Source: a virus
Lineage: Duplodnaviria > Caudoviricetes
Reading direction: 5' to 3' (one strand)
DNA: 49,233 nucleotides
IMG/VR virus record: IMGVR_UViG_3300024051_000005
Location: 1 to 49,233 of that record
Both the position numbers and the translations under genes were made by a program. Below the pieces are notes generated by a model, which worked only from the letters and a program-made list of their open reading frames with translations, did no database searches and had not been told where the DNA came from. Shown piece after piece: positions 8,561 through 17,944 of the stretch; position 1 is the first letter of the stretch, and every line of letters begins with the position of its first letter.

Positions 8561-10456
8561 ATGCAAATTGCTAAGTATACGGTAGCGGTTGATTATCAAA
8601 TTAATCAAAGCTCCATGCGCAAGGTAGACAAGAGTCTTAAAAATCTTGAAGCTAAACTTAGAAAATTCGGTAAAAACGGATTAGCAAAAGTTACATTTGA
8701 TGTTAGTAAATTTAATGTAGATCAACATAAACTTAATATCGCTCTTGGAGCGGCACTAGATAGGGCAAGTAATACTTTAGTTTTTGATATTTCACATTTT
8801 GAAGTCGATCAACACCACTTAAATCAAACAATTTCTGTAGCTATGGCAAGAGCAATGCTTGCTGCTCCTAACAATATAAACCTTAATGCTCACATGAGAG
8901 GTTTACCAGCTCATGGTGTAAGAGAGAGGGCTATTGCGGGAAGACATGTCGCAGCCGGTGGTGCTTTTGCTGGTGTTGCTTCAAGGTTTTATGGACCTGC
9001 TATTGCGCTTGCTGCTGGTGGTTATGGTATTGGTGCTCTTAATCAACGAAACCAACAAGTAGTTAGTGCTCAGCTTCAGACAAATGCTGTTGTACAGCAA
9101 GCGCAAGGTGCTAATTATAATCCTCAAAATGGGCCAGCGGCTTTTGAATGGTTACGTTCACAATCAAATAGAATTGGCTTCAATTACCTAGAAGCCGCGC
9201 CCGATTACAACAAACTAATTTCTGGTCTTACAGGGGCTGGAATGACTGTTGAACAATCTCAGGGCGTATTTAAGGGTTTTTCTGAACTATCTAGGGTAAA
9301 CAAACTAGACAGAGTTGCACAGCAACGTGTATTTAGGGCACTTTCACAAATTGCCGGTAAAGGTAAACTACAAGCGGAGGAGTTGACTCAACAGCTAGCA
9401 GAAAGTCTACCCGGCGCTACGTCCCTTTTCGCTAGGGCTTATCAGCAACAAACCGGTGGTAATCTTACAGGCAAAGAAGCAATCGCTAAGTTGATGGAGG
9501 ATATGAAGAAGGGTAAAGTCAAAAGTGATATTCTTACTTTTGCTGGTTCTTTAGCTTCCCAACAAGCAGCGCCGGGGCTTAGTGCAGCATCTAAAGCATC
9601 ACAAGCTGAACAAGCTAGATTTCAGAATGTTACCAGTGATATGGCTATTGTCGCATCGCAGAACGGTGTTGAAGAGGGTTTTGCTCGTATATTTAGAACT
9701 CTTTCAACAGGGTTGTCTGAAAACACCCCAATGGTTAAGGCTCTTGCTAATGCCTTTAATGAGACAACAAAAGAGGCAGAAAAACTACTCCTTTTCCCAC
9801 AATCATTTGCTCGTGCTCTAGAAGGTCGCGACAGCCTTGTTGCTGATTGGCTAGGTAAAGACACTACAAGGCAACTGAAAGAAGATTGGCAAGACATTAA
9901 AGCTTTGTTCGATAGTATTATGGGAATGCAAACTCCAGAATGGCTACCAACACTTCAGTCAACAGCTAAAGAAATTGCAGCAATTATGAATCAGATCGCT
10001 GAGTTCCAACGTTGGCGCTCTGAAACTGCTCCTGCTGCTCGTCAGATTATTGAAGATGAGTATAATCAAGGCGCCGGCGGCCTATGGGCAAATGTCAAAG
10101 GCATTGCAAAGGCAAACCTGTTCACCTTTAAAAGTGTCATTGGTATGGGGGATGATGACCCTACAGCAAACTATTGGATGCAAAGGGAGCAATCCCAAGG
10201 CTATGACACTGCTGCTATGTATGGGAATGATCCCAAAGCATGGCGTGATAATGCTAAAGCTCGAAATGAAGCAGCAGCCAAAGAAGTTCTTGGTGGAAAT
10301 GGATACGGCATTAGTCAACCTGTTCAACAAAATAATGACATTAAGATTGATATTTCTGTTCAAGCTGAGAATACAGAAGGAATGGAGAATTGGTTTAAAA
10401 CTAGTTTCCAGAAAACCTTAGAAGAAGCTCTTCCCTCATTTACCCAGAAGGAATAA
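8561..10456 (+). CDS. Tape measure protein
   Basis: 631 aa Ala/Gln-rich helical; ALSQIAGKGKLQAEELTQQLAESLPGA tape-measure motif. Confidence 0.9.
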   Translation: MQIAKYTVAVDYQINQSSMRKVDKSLKNLEAKLRKFGKNGLAKVTFDVSKFNVDQHKLNIALGAALDRASNTLVFDISHFEVDQHHLNQTISVAMARAMLAAPNNINLNAHMRGLPAHGVRERAIAGRHVAAGGAFAGVASRFYGPAIALAAGGYGIGALNQRNQQVVSAQLQTNAVVQQAQGANYNPQNGPAAFEWLRSQSNRIGFNYLEAAPDYNKLISGLTGAGMTVEQSQGVFKGFSELSRVNKLDRVAQQRVFRALSQIAGKGKLQAEELTQQLAESLPGATSLFARAYQQQTGGNLTGKEAIAKLMEDMKKGKVKSDILTFAGSLASQQAAPGLSAASKASQAEQARFQNVTSDMAIVASQNGVEEGFARIFRTLSTGLSENTPMVKALANAFNETTKEAEKLLLFPQSFARALEGRDSLVADWLGKDTTRQLKEDWQDIKALFDSIMGMQTPEWLPTLQSTAKEIAAIMNQIAEFQRWRSETAPAARQIIEDEYNQGAGGLWANVKGIAKANLFTFKSVIGMGDDDPTANYWMQREQSQGYDTAAMYGNDPKAWRDNAKARNEAAAKEVLGGNGYGISQPVQQNNDIKIDISVQAENTEGMENWFKTSFQKTLEEALPSFTQKE

Positions 10457-10459
10457 TTT

Positions 10460-11314
10460 ATGACGTTAGCGGTGCAATGGGGAGATAATAATGCAGAAAA
10501 CGGCGGCATGGTATATTTTGATGCCGTCACTCTCTATACTCAAAGTTATACAGGTCAAGTAACAAAACATCCTGTAGACTCTGGATCAAACATCACTGAC
10601 CACTTCATTAAAGACAATCCAAAGTTTACAGTTCAAGCTGTTATTACTGGTGTTGATGTTTCAACTGGAACCTATTTTATCACCGATCTGAATGGTAACA
10701 CACCATTTAATACAAGAGAAGCACCCAGTGCAGTTTCAGTTAATTCTACAGACTCCAGTGTTCTAAAGAAATTTATTCCTGATAGTATTGGACAGTTTCT
10801 TTCAGATACAACTCCAGATGTAACAATGGATGCTGTTAGAGCCGACCTCTTAAATCAGATTAGAGGTTTGCTCACCAATTTAATGTCTGGCGTTGTTCTT
10901 AATGAAAAGACTGGACAATTTGACCCTAACATTCAAATTGTTAAGCTCTATGAGTTTAATGGAAATCTTTTAAACAGAATCATCAATAATCTTGTAATGA
11001 CTTCTATTACTTTTGATGAGCGACCAGAGACAGGATATGCTCTCTACTGCAATATTACATTTGAGCAAGTAACTTTTGCTTTCTTAAAGAAAACAGAAAT
11101 TCCCAAGGACGTTTCTGATGCACTTAAGAACAAATCATCTGCTAAAAGTGGTAAAGGTAAGCAAGATAGTACAGTTAAAGACGCTGATAATCCCCCTCAA
11201 GGTGAAGAATATCCCAGACAAACAGATAGAGACGGATTGAGAACACCGTATGGTGATGTAGTAAATGAAAAGCAATTTGAACTTGGTCGTACACTGGATA
11301 CAGGAGGACTTTAA
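10460..11314 (+). CDS. Baseplate/tail tube initiator (Dit-like)
   Basis: FDAV..VTKHPVDSGSNITDH motif; follows tape measure. Confidence 0.7.
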   Translation: MTLAVQWGDNNAENGGMVYFDAVTLYTQSYTGQVTKHPVDSGSNITDHFIKDNPKFTVQAVITGVDVSTGTYFITDLNGNTPFNTREAPSAVSVNSTDSSVLKKFIPDSIGQFLSDTTPDVTMDAVRADLLNQIRGLLTNLMSGVVLNEKTGQFDPNIQIVKLYEFNGNLLNRIINNLVMTSITFDERPETGYALYCNITFEQVTFAFLKKTEIPKDVSDALKNKSSAKSGKGKQDSTVKDADNPPQGEEYPRQTDRDGLRTPYGDVVNEKQFELGRTLDTGGL

Positions 11315-11649
11315 TGACAACTAATTATATCAGTCTCCCTCTATTCGATGATGCTTTTTACTCATATTCAATTGCTCTTGAAGGAAATTCCTACGTTTTA
11401 GAATTCATCTTTAATGAAAGAATGAATCTGTATGTTTTCAATCTATATGATGCAGAAAACAATCCTCTTATTCTTGGCGAAGCCTTGGTTCCAACATACC
11501 CAATCTTCCTTGATTATGTAATTCCAAATTTAACTGGTTGGTTTTATCTCCAAGAGAACGCTGCGATCACCGGAGAGCCTTATAAAGATTTTCCACAGAT
11601 GCTGAGTCAATACTACTCTTTCTTCTATTCTTATGTAACTGAGGATTAA
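11314..11649 (+). CDS. Baseplate plug-like protein
   Basis: 111 aa; YSIALEGNSYVLEFIFNER; synteny. Confidence 0.6.
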   Translation: MTTNYISLPLFDDAFYSYSIALEGNSYVLEFIFNERMNLYVFNLYDAENNPLILGEALVPTYPIFLDYVIPNLTGWFYLQENAAITGEPYKDFPQMLSQYYSFFYSYVTED

Positions 11650-11650
11650 C

Positions 11651-12547
11651 ATGGCTGTTCAACAGATTCTAGAAAATCGACAATACGAGTTAATTATTGG
11701 AGATTATAAAAGTGGTGATGGTCTGTTGATTAATAACATGCAAGTCACTTTCGATATTAGCAAAACCTCTAGCAATAAAGATAAATCTAATTCTGCTGCT
11801 ATTGAAATCTACAATCTTTCTGATGAGTCTTTAAAGATACTAGATACTGATTATCCTGCTGCTGTTTTTAGTGCTGGCTATTTGGATACTGGCGGAGTTA
11901 AGAGAGTATTTGCAGGTCAAGTTACTCTAGTTACTACAAGAAAAGCAGGAACAGATAGAGTTACACAACTTCAGCTTGGAACAGGGTACGTAGAACTTAA
12001 TCACCAACTTCTGAATCAGCTTACAAGTCCCGGAAGAACAGTTAAAGATGTGGCTGAAGATATTAGGAAGAATCTTCCCGGAGTTTCAAGAGGTGTTTAC
12101 AACGGAACTAATCTAAACAATCAGATCATCTATGGTTATCCTTTGATGGGAACTCCCCGTGAAATGCTTGATGAACTGTCCGAGAAATACTCATTAGAGT
12201 GGCAAGTGGAAGATGATGTTCTGTATCTACACGATAATGATAGGGGTAACAGGGAGAACTTCTCAACAGCCTATGTTGTTTCAAAATACACAGGACTTGT
12301 AGAAAATGCTTATCGTGTTTCCGGTGACGTAAGACGTAGTAAGAAAGATAAAGCTAAAAAACAAGGTGTTCAATGGAAAATGCTATTGAATCCTGATATT
12401 CAAGCTGGCGACGTCATCAAGCTGGAAGATACCCTAATTCAAGGCTGGTATAAAGTAGATTCTTTAAGACATTACGGCGGATGGCGTGATACTCCTTGGT
12501 ATACAGAAGTTAGGGCTTCAGCAATTGAGAAGGTTAATAAAGTATGA
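11651..12547 (+). CDS. Baseplate hub protein
   Basis: 298 aa; FDISK..NSAAIEIYNLS..AGY..LLNPDI..G.YKV. Confidence 0.75.
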   Translation: MAVQQILENRQYELIIGDYKSGDGLLINNMQVTFDISKTSSNKDKSNSAAIEIYNLSDESLKILDTDYPAAVFSAGYLDTGGVKRVFAGQVTLVTTRKAGTDRVTQLQLGTGYVELNHQLLNQLTSPGRTVKDVAEDIRKNLPGVSRGVYNGTNLNNQIIYGYPLMGTPREMLDELSEKYSLEWQVEDDVLYLHDNDRGNRENFSTAYVVSKYTGLVENAYRVSGDVRRSKKDKAKKQGVQWKMLLNPDIQAGDVIKLEDTLIQGWYKVDSLRHYGGWRDTPWYTEVRASAIEKVNKV

Positions 12548-13290
12548 GCAATCGTGAAGCTTCTCTTGAAGAATTGCTTAAGTCTGCAATCCAGAGTGAA
12601 ATGAATAACGTCTATACTTCAATCCCTTGTGTGGTAGTTGCAGTTAGAGATAATCTTTCAACTATGATAGTAGACATTCAACCTTCTGTAAATCAAAAGA
12701 TGAAAGATGGAACTGTTAGAGAGAGAACAGTTATTCAAGGCGTTCCTGTTCAGTTTCAAGTTTCGAAAACATCTGGCTTCACATTCCCTGTTAAAGTGGG
12801 TGATACTGGCATTGCTTTATTCTCAATGCGAAATATTGATAGCTGGAAATCTGGAAATGGTAATCCCGTAACTCCTCAGAATTTTGCTAAGTTTGATAAG
12901 AGTGATGCTATTTTTATTCCCGGAATTCAGCCAATGGGTGTTGCAGTTAATAATCCTAACAAACACACTCTTTCTCACGACACCAACGATACTGTTGTTT
13001 TCCACAATTTGGGTCAAGGTGCGGAGTGTGAACTTAGATTAAAAGCTGACGGAAGTATCCAAATCACAACTAGTAACCAACCAATAATTATCACTGGTTC
13101 TGAAGTTACAGTGAATGCTGAGTCCATTAATCTGAATGCCAACACAATGGCCGTGAACGTGGGTAACACTACGTGGTCTGGTAATATCACACATAATGGT
13201 AATTACAGCGGAACAGGTGTTCAAACATTTAACGGTGTCGTCTTCTCAACCCATGTTCATGGTTCTTCTCCCGGACCATCCAACCCTTAA
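12544..13290 (+). CDS. Baseplate spike (Gp138/gpV-like)
   Basis: FPVKVGDTG..FS.R.ID.W..FDKSDAIFIPG; C-terminal beta-helix repeats and HVH metal-binding tip. Confidence 0.85.
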   Translation: MSNREASLEELLKSAIQSEMNNVYTSIPCVVVAVRDNLSTMIVDIQPSVNQKMKDGTVRERTVIQGVPVQFQVSKTSGFTFPVKVGDTGIALFSMRNIDSWKSGNGNPVTPQNFAKFDKSDAIFIPGIQPMGVAVNNPNKHTLSHDTNDTVVFHNLGQGAECELRLKADGSIQITTSNQPIIITGSEVTVNAESINLNANTMAVNVGNTTWSGNITHNGNYSGTGVQTFNGVVFSTHVHGSSPGPSNP

Positions 13291-13299
13291 GAGGATAAA

Positions 13300-13668
13300 A
13301 TGGATATTAAACTTGGTGAAAATCATGATGCTCTTTGGTTCAATGGACCTCTTACAAGAGAATACACTACACAACCTTTTGTTGAAACAACAGCTCAAAG
13401 ACTTTTAATTAGACTTCTGACTTTCCGTGAAGAATGGGTATTTAATACAGAATACGGTGTACCCTATTGGCAGAGAATTCTTGGAATTAAGAACAGGAAA
13501 GAATCAGTTGATCTAATTTTTCAACAAGAGATTTTAAAAGAAGAAGGAGTTAAAGAAATTATATCTTACTCGTCTTCTCTAAAAAATAGACAGTATTCAG
13601 CAACTTTCAGAGTTAGGGTTGTTACTGGTGAAATTACAGATGAAATTACAATCCAACCTATTAATTAA
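13300..13668 (+). CDS. Baseplate wedge (gp25/gpW-like)
   Basis: QRLLIRLLTFREEW.FNTEYGVPY. Confidence 0.75.
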   Translation: MDIKLGENHDALWFNGPLTREYTTQPFVETTAQRLLIRLLTFREEWVFNTEYGVPYWQRILGIKNRKESVDLIFQQEILKEEGVKEIISYSSSLKNRQYSATFRVRVVTGEITDEITIQPIN

Positions 13669-13684
13669 GGAAATCTAAATGGCT

Positions 13685-14254
13685 CTATTTAGAGCCATGC
13701 CTTTTAGTGTAATTGAATTCATTTTCCCAGGCTTTTCTCTGACAACATGCTTCAAAGAAATCTTTAAATAATTTTCTTTTATATTCGTCTCTGTTTTCTA
13801 CAGAACCTATTTTACACTCCCAGTATTCCCCGTTTGAGTTCCAACTGACACCTAAAATACCAGTTTTATTATTTCTCCCTCTCTTCTTATTTTTCGCATT
13901 TTTCACACTAGTTGATGGGATAAGATTTGAGATAGAATTATTTAAACCATTACCATCTAAGTGATCAATAACAGGCGGTACAGGGTCTTCATGAAACATT
14001 GCATATAAAATTCTGTGTACAGAGCAAGACTTAAGGGAACTCATTGTTATTCTTCTGTACATTAAAGTTTCAGATTGGGAAGATTTATCTATATTTCCTG
14101 CATATTTTCCAGAAAATTTTGAATTCCAAATAGCCCAAGCATTTTCTGTTGCAAAATGACTTTTAGGTCTAATCTTCCATATAAGGGTTCCGTCAATAAA
14201 GTTCGCGATAAAACATTCATTTAAGAATGGCAAATCAAAAGTTTTAGATTTCAT
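13685..14254 (-). mobile_element. Antisense HNH homing endonuclease with AP2-like C-terminus
   Basis: VHRI..IDHLDGNGLNNSISNL..NNKTGILGVSW; only convincing minus-strand gene in structural arm. Confidence 0.85.
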
Positions 14255-14282
14255 ATAATACCTCTTTGTTTGATGAGGTTAA

Positions 14283-14311
14283 ATTCTAACACAAGGGAAC
14301 ACGAATGTCAA
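14283..14311 (-). promoter_or_regulatory. Sigma70-type promoter for the HNH gene
   Basis: Minus strand TTGACA (14311-14306), 17-nt spacer, TAGAAT (14288-14283). Confidence 0.8.
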
Positions 14312-14333
14312 ACTATTTTTTGAGGTATTTATA

Positions 14334-15782
14334 TTGAGTAATTACGGAGTCACAGACGCTGGGTTTGTCCTTAAGCGTCTACAAGATATTCTAACAGAAC
14401 AAAGAGCTAGAGCTGTTGAACTATTCCAAGATTTAACAGCTCCCGGTGATGTTGTTGATACATCTGATAGTAGTCTTCTGGGAAGACTTATTAACATGGA
14501 TGCTTTTGGTGATGCTGATCTTTGGGAAGTTGCTCAAATGGTTTACTCAGCATTTGATCCTAATTCAGCAACAGGTATTGCTCTAGACAATCTTGTACAA
14601 TATGGCGGTATTTCACGTCAAGGTGCGTCATATTCAACAGCGATTGGTTTGTTTGCTGGTGATAATGGAACTCTTCTAACTGCCGGACAAACAGTCAGTA
14701 GTCCAATCACCAACTCTCAGTTTGTAACAACAGAGTCAATCGCTCTATCTCCATCGCAAGCTGTAGGTATTTCTGTTCAAGTTTTAACAGTTTCTAACTC
14801 AACAGCTTATAGCATCACTTATGCTGTTGGATTGACTAGTACCACTATTACGTACACATCAGATTCCAGTGCAACGTCTACAGAGATTCTAAATGGTCTT
14901 CTAGCTGCTGTCAATGCTGATGCTACTCTAACAGCAACTTTGAACGGTACAACACTTGTTATTGACAGAGATGATGTATTCTCTAGCGTTAATTTTTCAG
15001 TAACAGCAAATCTTAATATCACAAAAATTAGAAAAACTGGTGGCCTACAAGCCTCAGAGATTGGTGATATTGAAGCAGAAGCTAATACGATTACAACTAT
15101 TGTTACTCCTGTTCTTGGTTGGGATAGCGTCACAAACCCTCTAGCAGCTTCACCCGGAAGACTTGCAGAAACTGATGAAGAGCTTCGTCTTCGTTTCAGA
15201 AATACAAAGCTTGATCGTTCTACAAACCTTCTTGATAGTATTTATGCTGCGCTCATTAATATTGAAGGTGTGGAAGAGGTTGCTATTTATGAGAACGATA
15301 CTTCAATCACAGATAGTAATGGTGTTCTTGGTCATAGCTTCCTTCCTGTAGTTCTTGGTGGTTCTAGTCAACTTATTGCTGAAGCTATCTGGGAAAACAA
15401 ACCAATTGGTATTTTGAGTCAAGGTAACACTGTTGTAACTATTATTGATACTCAGGGTTTTCCACATGATATCGGATTTGAAAGACCAAATCCTGTAACC
15501 ATCTACGTAACTATTAATCTAACTACTGATCCTAACATTTACCCCGGCGATGGTGATGACCAAATTCGTCAAGCCATCATTGATTACGCCGATGAAAATA
15601 TTGGTGTAGGTGATGATGTTATTTGGTCAAGACTCTTTACACCAATCAACTCTATTCCCGGCCATCAGGTTGATAGTATGTTTATTGGAACTTCTCCTAG
15701 TCCTTCTGGAACATCAAATATTCCAATTGCTTTTAATGCTGTTGCAAGCTTTACCAGTGCCAATATTCAAGTAAACAGCTAA
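14334..15782 (+). CDS. Baseplate J-like wedge protein (TTG start)
   Basis: 482 aa; YGVTDAGFV.KRL, FDPNSATGIALD, ETDEELRLR, IYENDT; GAGGT RBS 14322-14326. Confidence 0.9.
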   Translation: MSNYGVTDAGFVLKRLQDILTEQRARAVELFQDLTAPGDVVDTSDSSLLGRLINMDAFGDADLWEVAQMVYSAFDPNSATGIALDNLVQYGGISRQGASYSTAIGLFAGDNGTLLTAGQTVSSPITNSQFVTTESIALSPSQAVGISVQVLTVSNSTAYSITYAVGLTSTTITYTSDSSATSTEILNGLLAAVNADATLTATLNGTTLVIDRDDVFSSVNFSVTANLNITKIRKTGGLQASEIGDIEAEANTITTIVTPVLGWDSVTNPLAASPGRLAETDEELRLRFRNTKLDRSTNLLDSIYAALINIEGVEEVAIYENDTSITDSNGVLGHSFLPVVLGGSSQLIAEAIWENKPIGILSQGNTVVTIIDTQGFPHDIGFERPNPVTIYVTINLTTDPNIYPGDGDDQIRQAIIDYADENIGVGDDVIWSRLFTPINSIPGHQVDSMFIGTSPSPSGTSNIPIAFNAVASFTSANIQVNS

Positions 15783-15791
15783 GGAGTTCTT

Positions 15792-16583
15792 ATGAGTTTA
15801 GTTCCTTATGTTACCGTAGATTATTTAGATGTTGCACGAAGTCAAATCACAGAACAATTCAAAAATAAATTAGTGATTGATAAATATCTTCAACTCCTGA
15901 TTTATCAACAATCTGGAATCTCTCAAGTATTCCAAGACCTTCTTCAAAAAAGAAGTATTGATGAAGCTACTGGTGCTCAATTAGATATCATTGGTGAAAT
16001 TGTTGGCCAACCACGAGAACTTATTAACGCTGATTTGTTTGGATGGTTTGGTTTCCAAGGTGCCCTAAAAGCAGGTAGTTTTGGTGACATGTCTGATCCT
16101 TCCATTGGTGAAAGATTTTGGGACTTGAATGTAGCTCAAGGCGGCAATATCACCCTAGACGATGAAACTTATAGACTTTTCATCAAAGCCAAAATTGTCA
16201 AGAATACGACCGCTGCTACTCCTGAAGAATTCATTGCTTTTGTAAATTATGTATTCGGAACAGATCAAACATACATTACAGAAGGAACAGCAGAATTTAC
16301 AGTTTACTTTGGAAGACCGCTATCCACTCTTGAAACTGTTCTATTAACATATGTCTCTTATTCACAGGGATATCCGTCAAGGTTTATTCCTAAACCGATT
16401 GGAGTAAGAATTAATTTTGGAACTTTCCAACAAGGAAATTACTTTGGTTTCCAAGGTGCACCGGGTGCCCTTGGTTTTGGAGAGTTTTCTGGAGATTATG
16501 GTTATGGTCTTGGTTATGGTCTCGGCTATGGGGATTCAAATTATTCCGTAAATTTTGGCGGATTCTTTGCCTCATTAATTTAA
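15792..16583 (+). CDS. Baseplate wedge protein (DUF2612-like)
   Basis: ATGAQLDIIGEIVGQPR, FGFQG, LDDETYRLFIKAKI. Confidence 0.8.
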   Translation: MSLVPYVTVDYLDVARSQITEQFKNKLVIDKYLQLLIYQQSGISQVFQDLLQKRSIDEATGAQLDIIGEIVGQPRELINADLFGWFGFQGALKAGSFGDMSDPSIGERFWDLNVAQGGNITLDDETYRLFIKAKIVKNTTAATPEEFIAFVNYVFGTDQTYITEGTAEFTVYFGRPLSTLETVLLTYVSYSQGYPSRFIPKPIGVRINFGTFQQGNYFGFQGAPGALGFGEFSGDYGYGLGYGLGYGDSNYSVNFGGFFASLI

Positions 16584-16598
16584 AACAGAGGAAATTTT

Positions 16599-17519
16599 AT
16601 GGCAGTTATTTCAAAGCCCACAGATATTAATAAAATATGGGGCAGTTCGGGGGATGTAATTTCCCCTTCAGACACAAAGATTCAAACAGGGTGGGTGGTA
16701 GAAATTCCTCCTCGCCAATGGTTTAACTGGCTTGATAATAAGCAAGATCAAGCAATTGCACACTTTAATCAGTTTGGTATCCCTTTGTGGGACACTGTAA
16801 CAGAGTATCAAGCAAATTCTAGTTACGTCCAAGGCTCTGATGGGTTAATTTACCAAGCTCTGGTTACAAATACAGGTATTGATCCTGTTTCAGATACTGC
16901 GTTTAATTGGAAACAGGCATTTCAACTTGGAAATTATACCAGTCAAGTTGCAGTTTCAGCCTCTCAAACACTAACTCTTGCCCAATCAGGGCAGATAATC
17001 AACTGCCGCAATAACCCCACAGTAACCCTTCCTACCGGTGTCTCTTCTTCCGTTGGCGCTGCCTTTCAAATCAATAACGCTGGAAACGGCATTGTTACAG
17101 TTCAAGCTCCTGTAGGGCAATCTCTTTTTGGTATTGGTGTAAGTACACCAAGAACTTTTGTACTCGGCCAAGGAGATTATATAACTGTTGCTTATGTTGG
17201 TCCGAATCAATGGTATGCTTGGGGTGGGGTACAACTCGGGGCTAGTGCAAGTTTTGGATCATCGCTAACTAATATCGGTTATCAGAAACTTCCTAGTGGA
17301 TATATCGAGAACTGGGGCGTTGCTACTGCGCTCGGTGCAAGTGAAACTCGTGTTATTACACTACCTGCTGCCTTCATTTCTGGTGCTCGCGCACCTGCAC
17401 TCGTAGGAGATGGACTTGATCCTAGAGTTAGGGTTGCTGCTATTGGTCTTTCATCTATTACAATTCAAAATTGTGGAACAGCAGGCCAAAATGCATATTG
17501 GCGTGTAGTTGGAAATTAA
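16599..17519 (+). CDS. Tail fibre protein
   Basis: KIQTGW..EIPPRQWFNW N-terminus; C-terminal GYQKLPSG.IENWG domain. Confidence 0.85.
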   Translation: MAVISKPTDINKIWGSSGDVISPSDTKIQTGWVVEIPPRQWFNWLDNKQDQAIAHFNQFGIPLWDTVTEYQANSSYVQGSDGLIYQALVTNTGIDPVSDTAFNWKQAFQLGNYTSQVAVSASQTLTLAQSGQIINCRNNPTVTLPTGVSSSVGAAFQINNAGNGIVTVQAPVGQSLFGIGVSTPRTFVLGQGDYITVAYVGPNQWYAWGGVQLGASASFGSSLTNIGYQKLPSGYIENWGVATALGASETRVITLPAAFISGARAPALVGDGLDPRVRVAAIGLSSITIQNCGTAGQNAYWRVVGN

Positions 17520-17528
17520 GAGGATTTT

Positions 17529-17924
17529 ATGTATTCATCAGCAAGTTTACGTGGATTTTTTATCGACTTTGTGTCTGAAGATTGTATAGAAATTTCCAAC
17601 GAAAAGCATATGGAACTGCTCCTAGGAGAATCAGCAGATAAGATGATCGATTGGGATAAAAAGGGTAATCCTGTTCTAGTGAATAGAAAACCCCCAAAGC
17701 TATCTAGAGAGCAACAAGCAGGAAGTGTTCTGGCTAAGAGGGAATTTCTAATGACAGAGGCTTCTAACCGTATAAACCCCTTGCAAGATGCTGTCGATTT
17801 ATCTATTGCTACAGACCAAGAAATCGATCTTCTGAAAAATCTTAAAAAATTCAGAGTAGATTTGAGCAGGGTGGAACTTCAAGATGGATTTCCTTTTGAA
17901 GTTACTTGGCCTGAAAATCCATAA
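17529..17924 (+). CDS. Tail fibre assembly chaperone (Tfa-like)
   Basis: INPLQDAVDL..AT..FRVDLSRV...GFP..VTWPENP. Confidence 0.85.
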   Translation: MYSSASLRGFFIDFVSEDCIEISNEKHMELLLGESADKMIDWDKKGNPVLVNRKPPKLSREQQAGSVLAKREFLMTEASNRINPLQDAVDLSIATDQEIDLLKNLKKFRVDLSRVELQDGFPFEVTWPENP

Positions 17925-17944
17925 GTTTATTTGCAGGAAATTTT

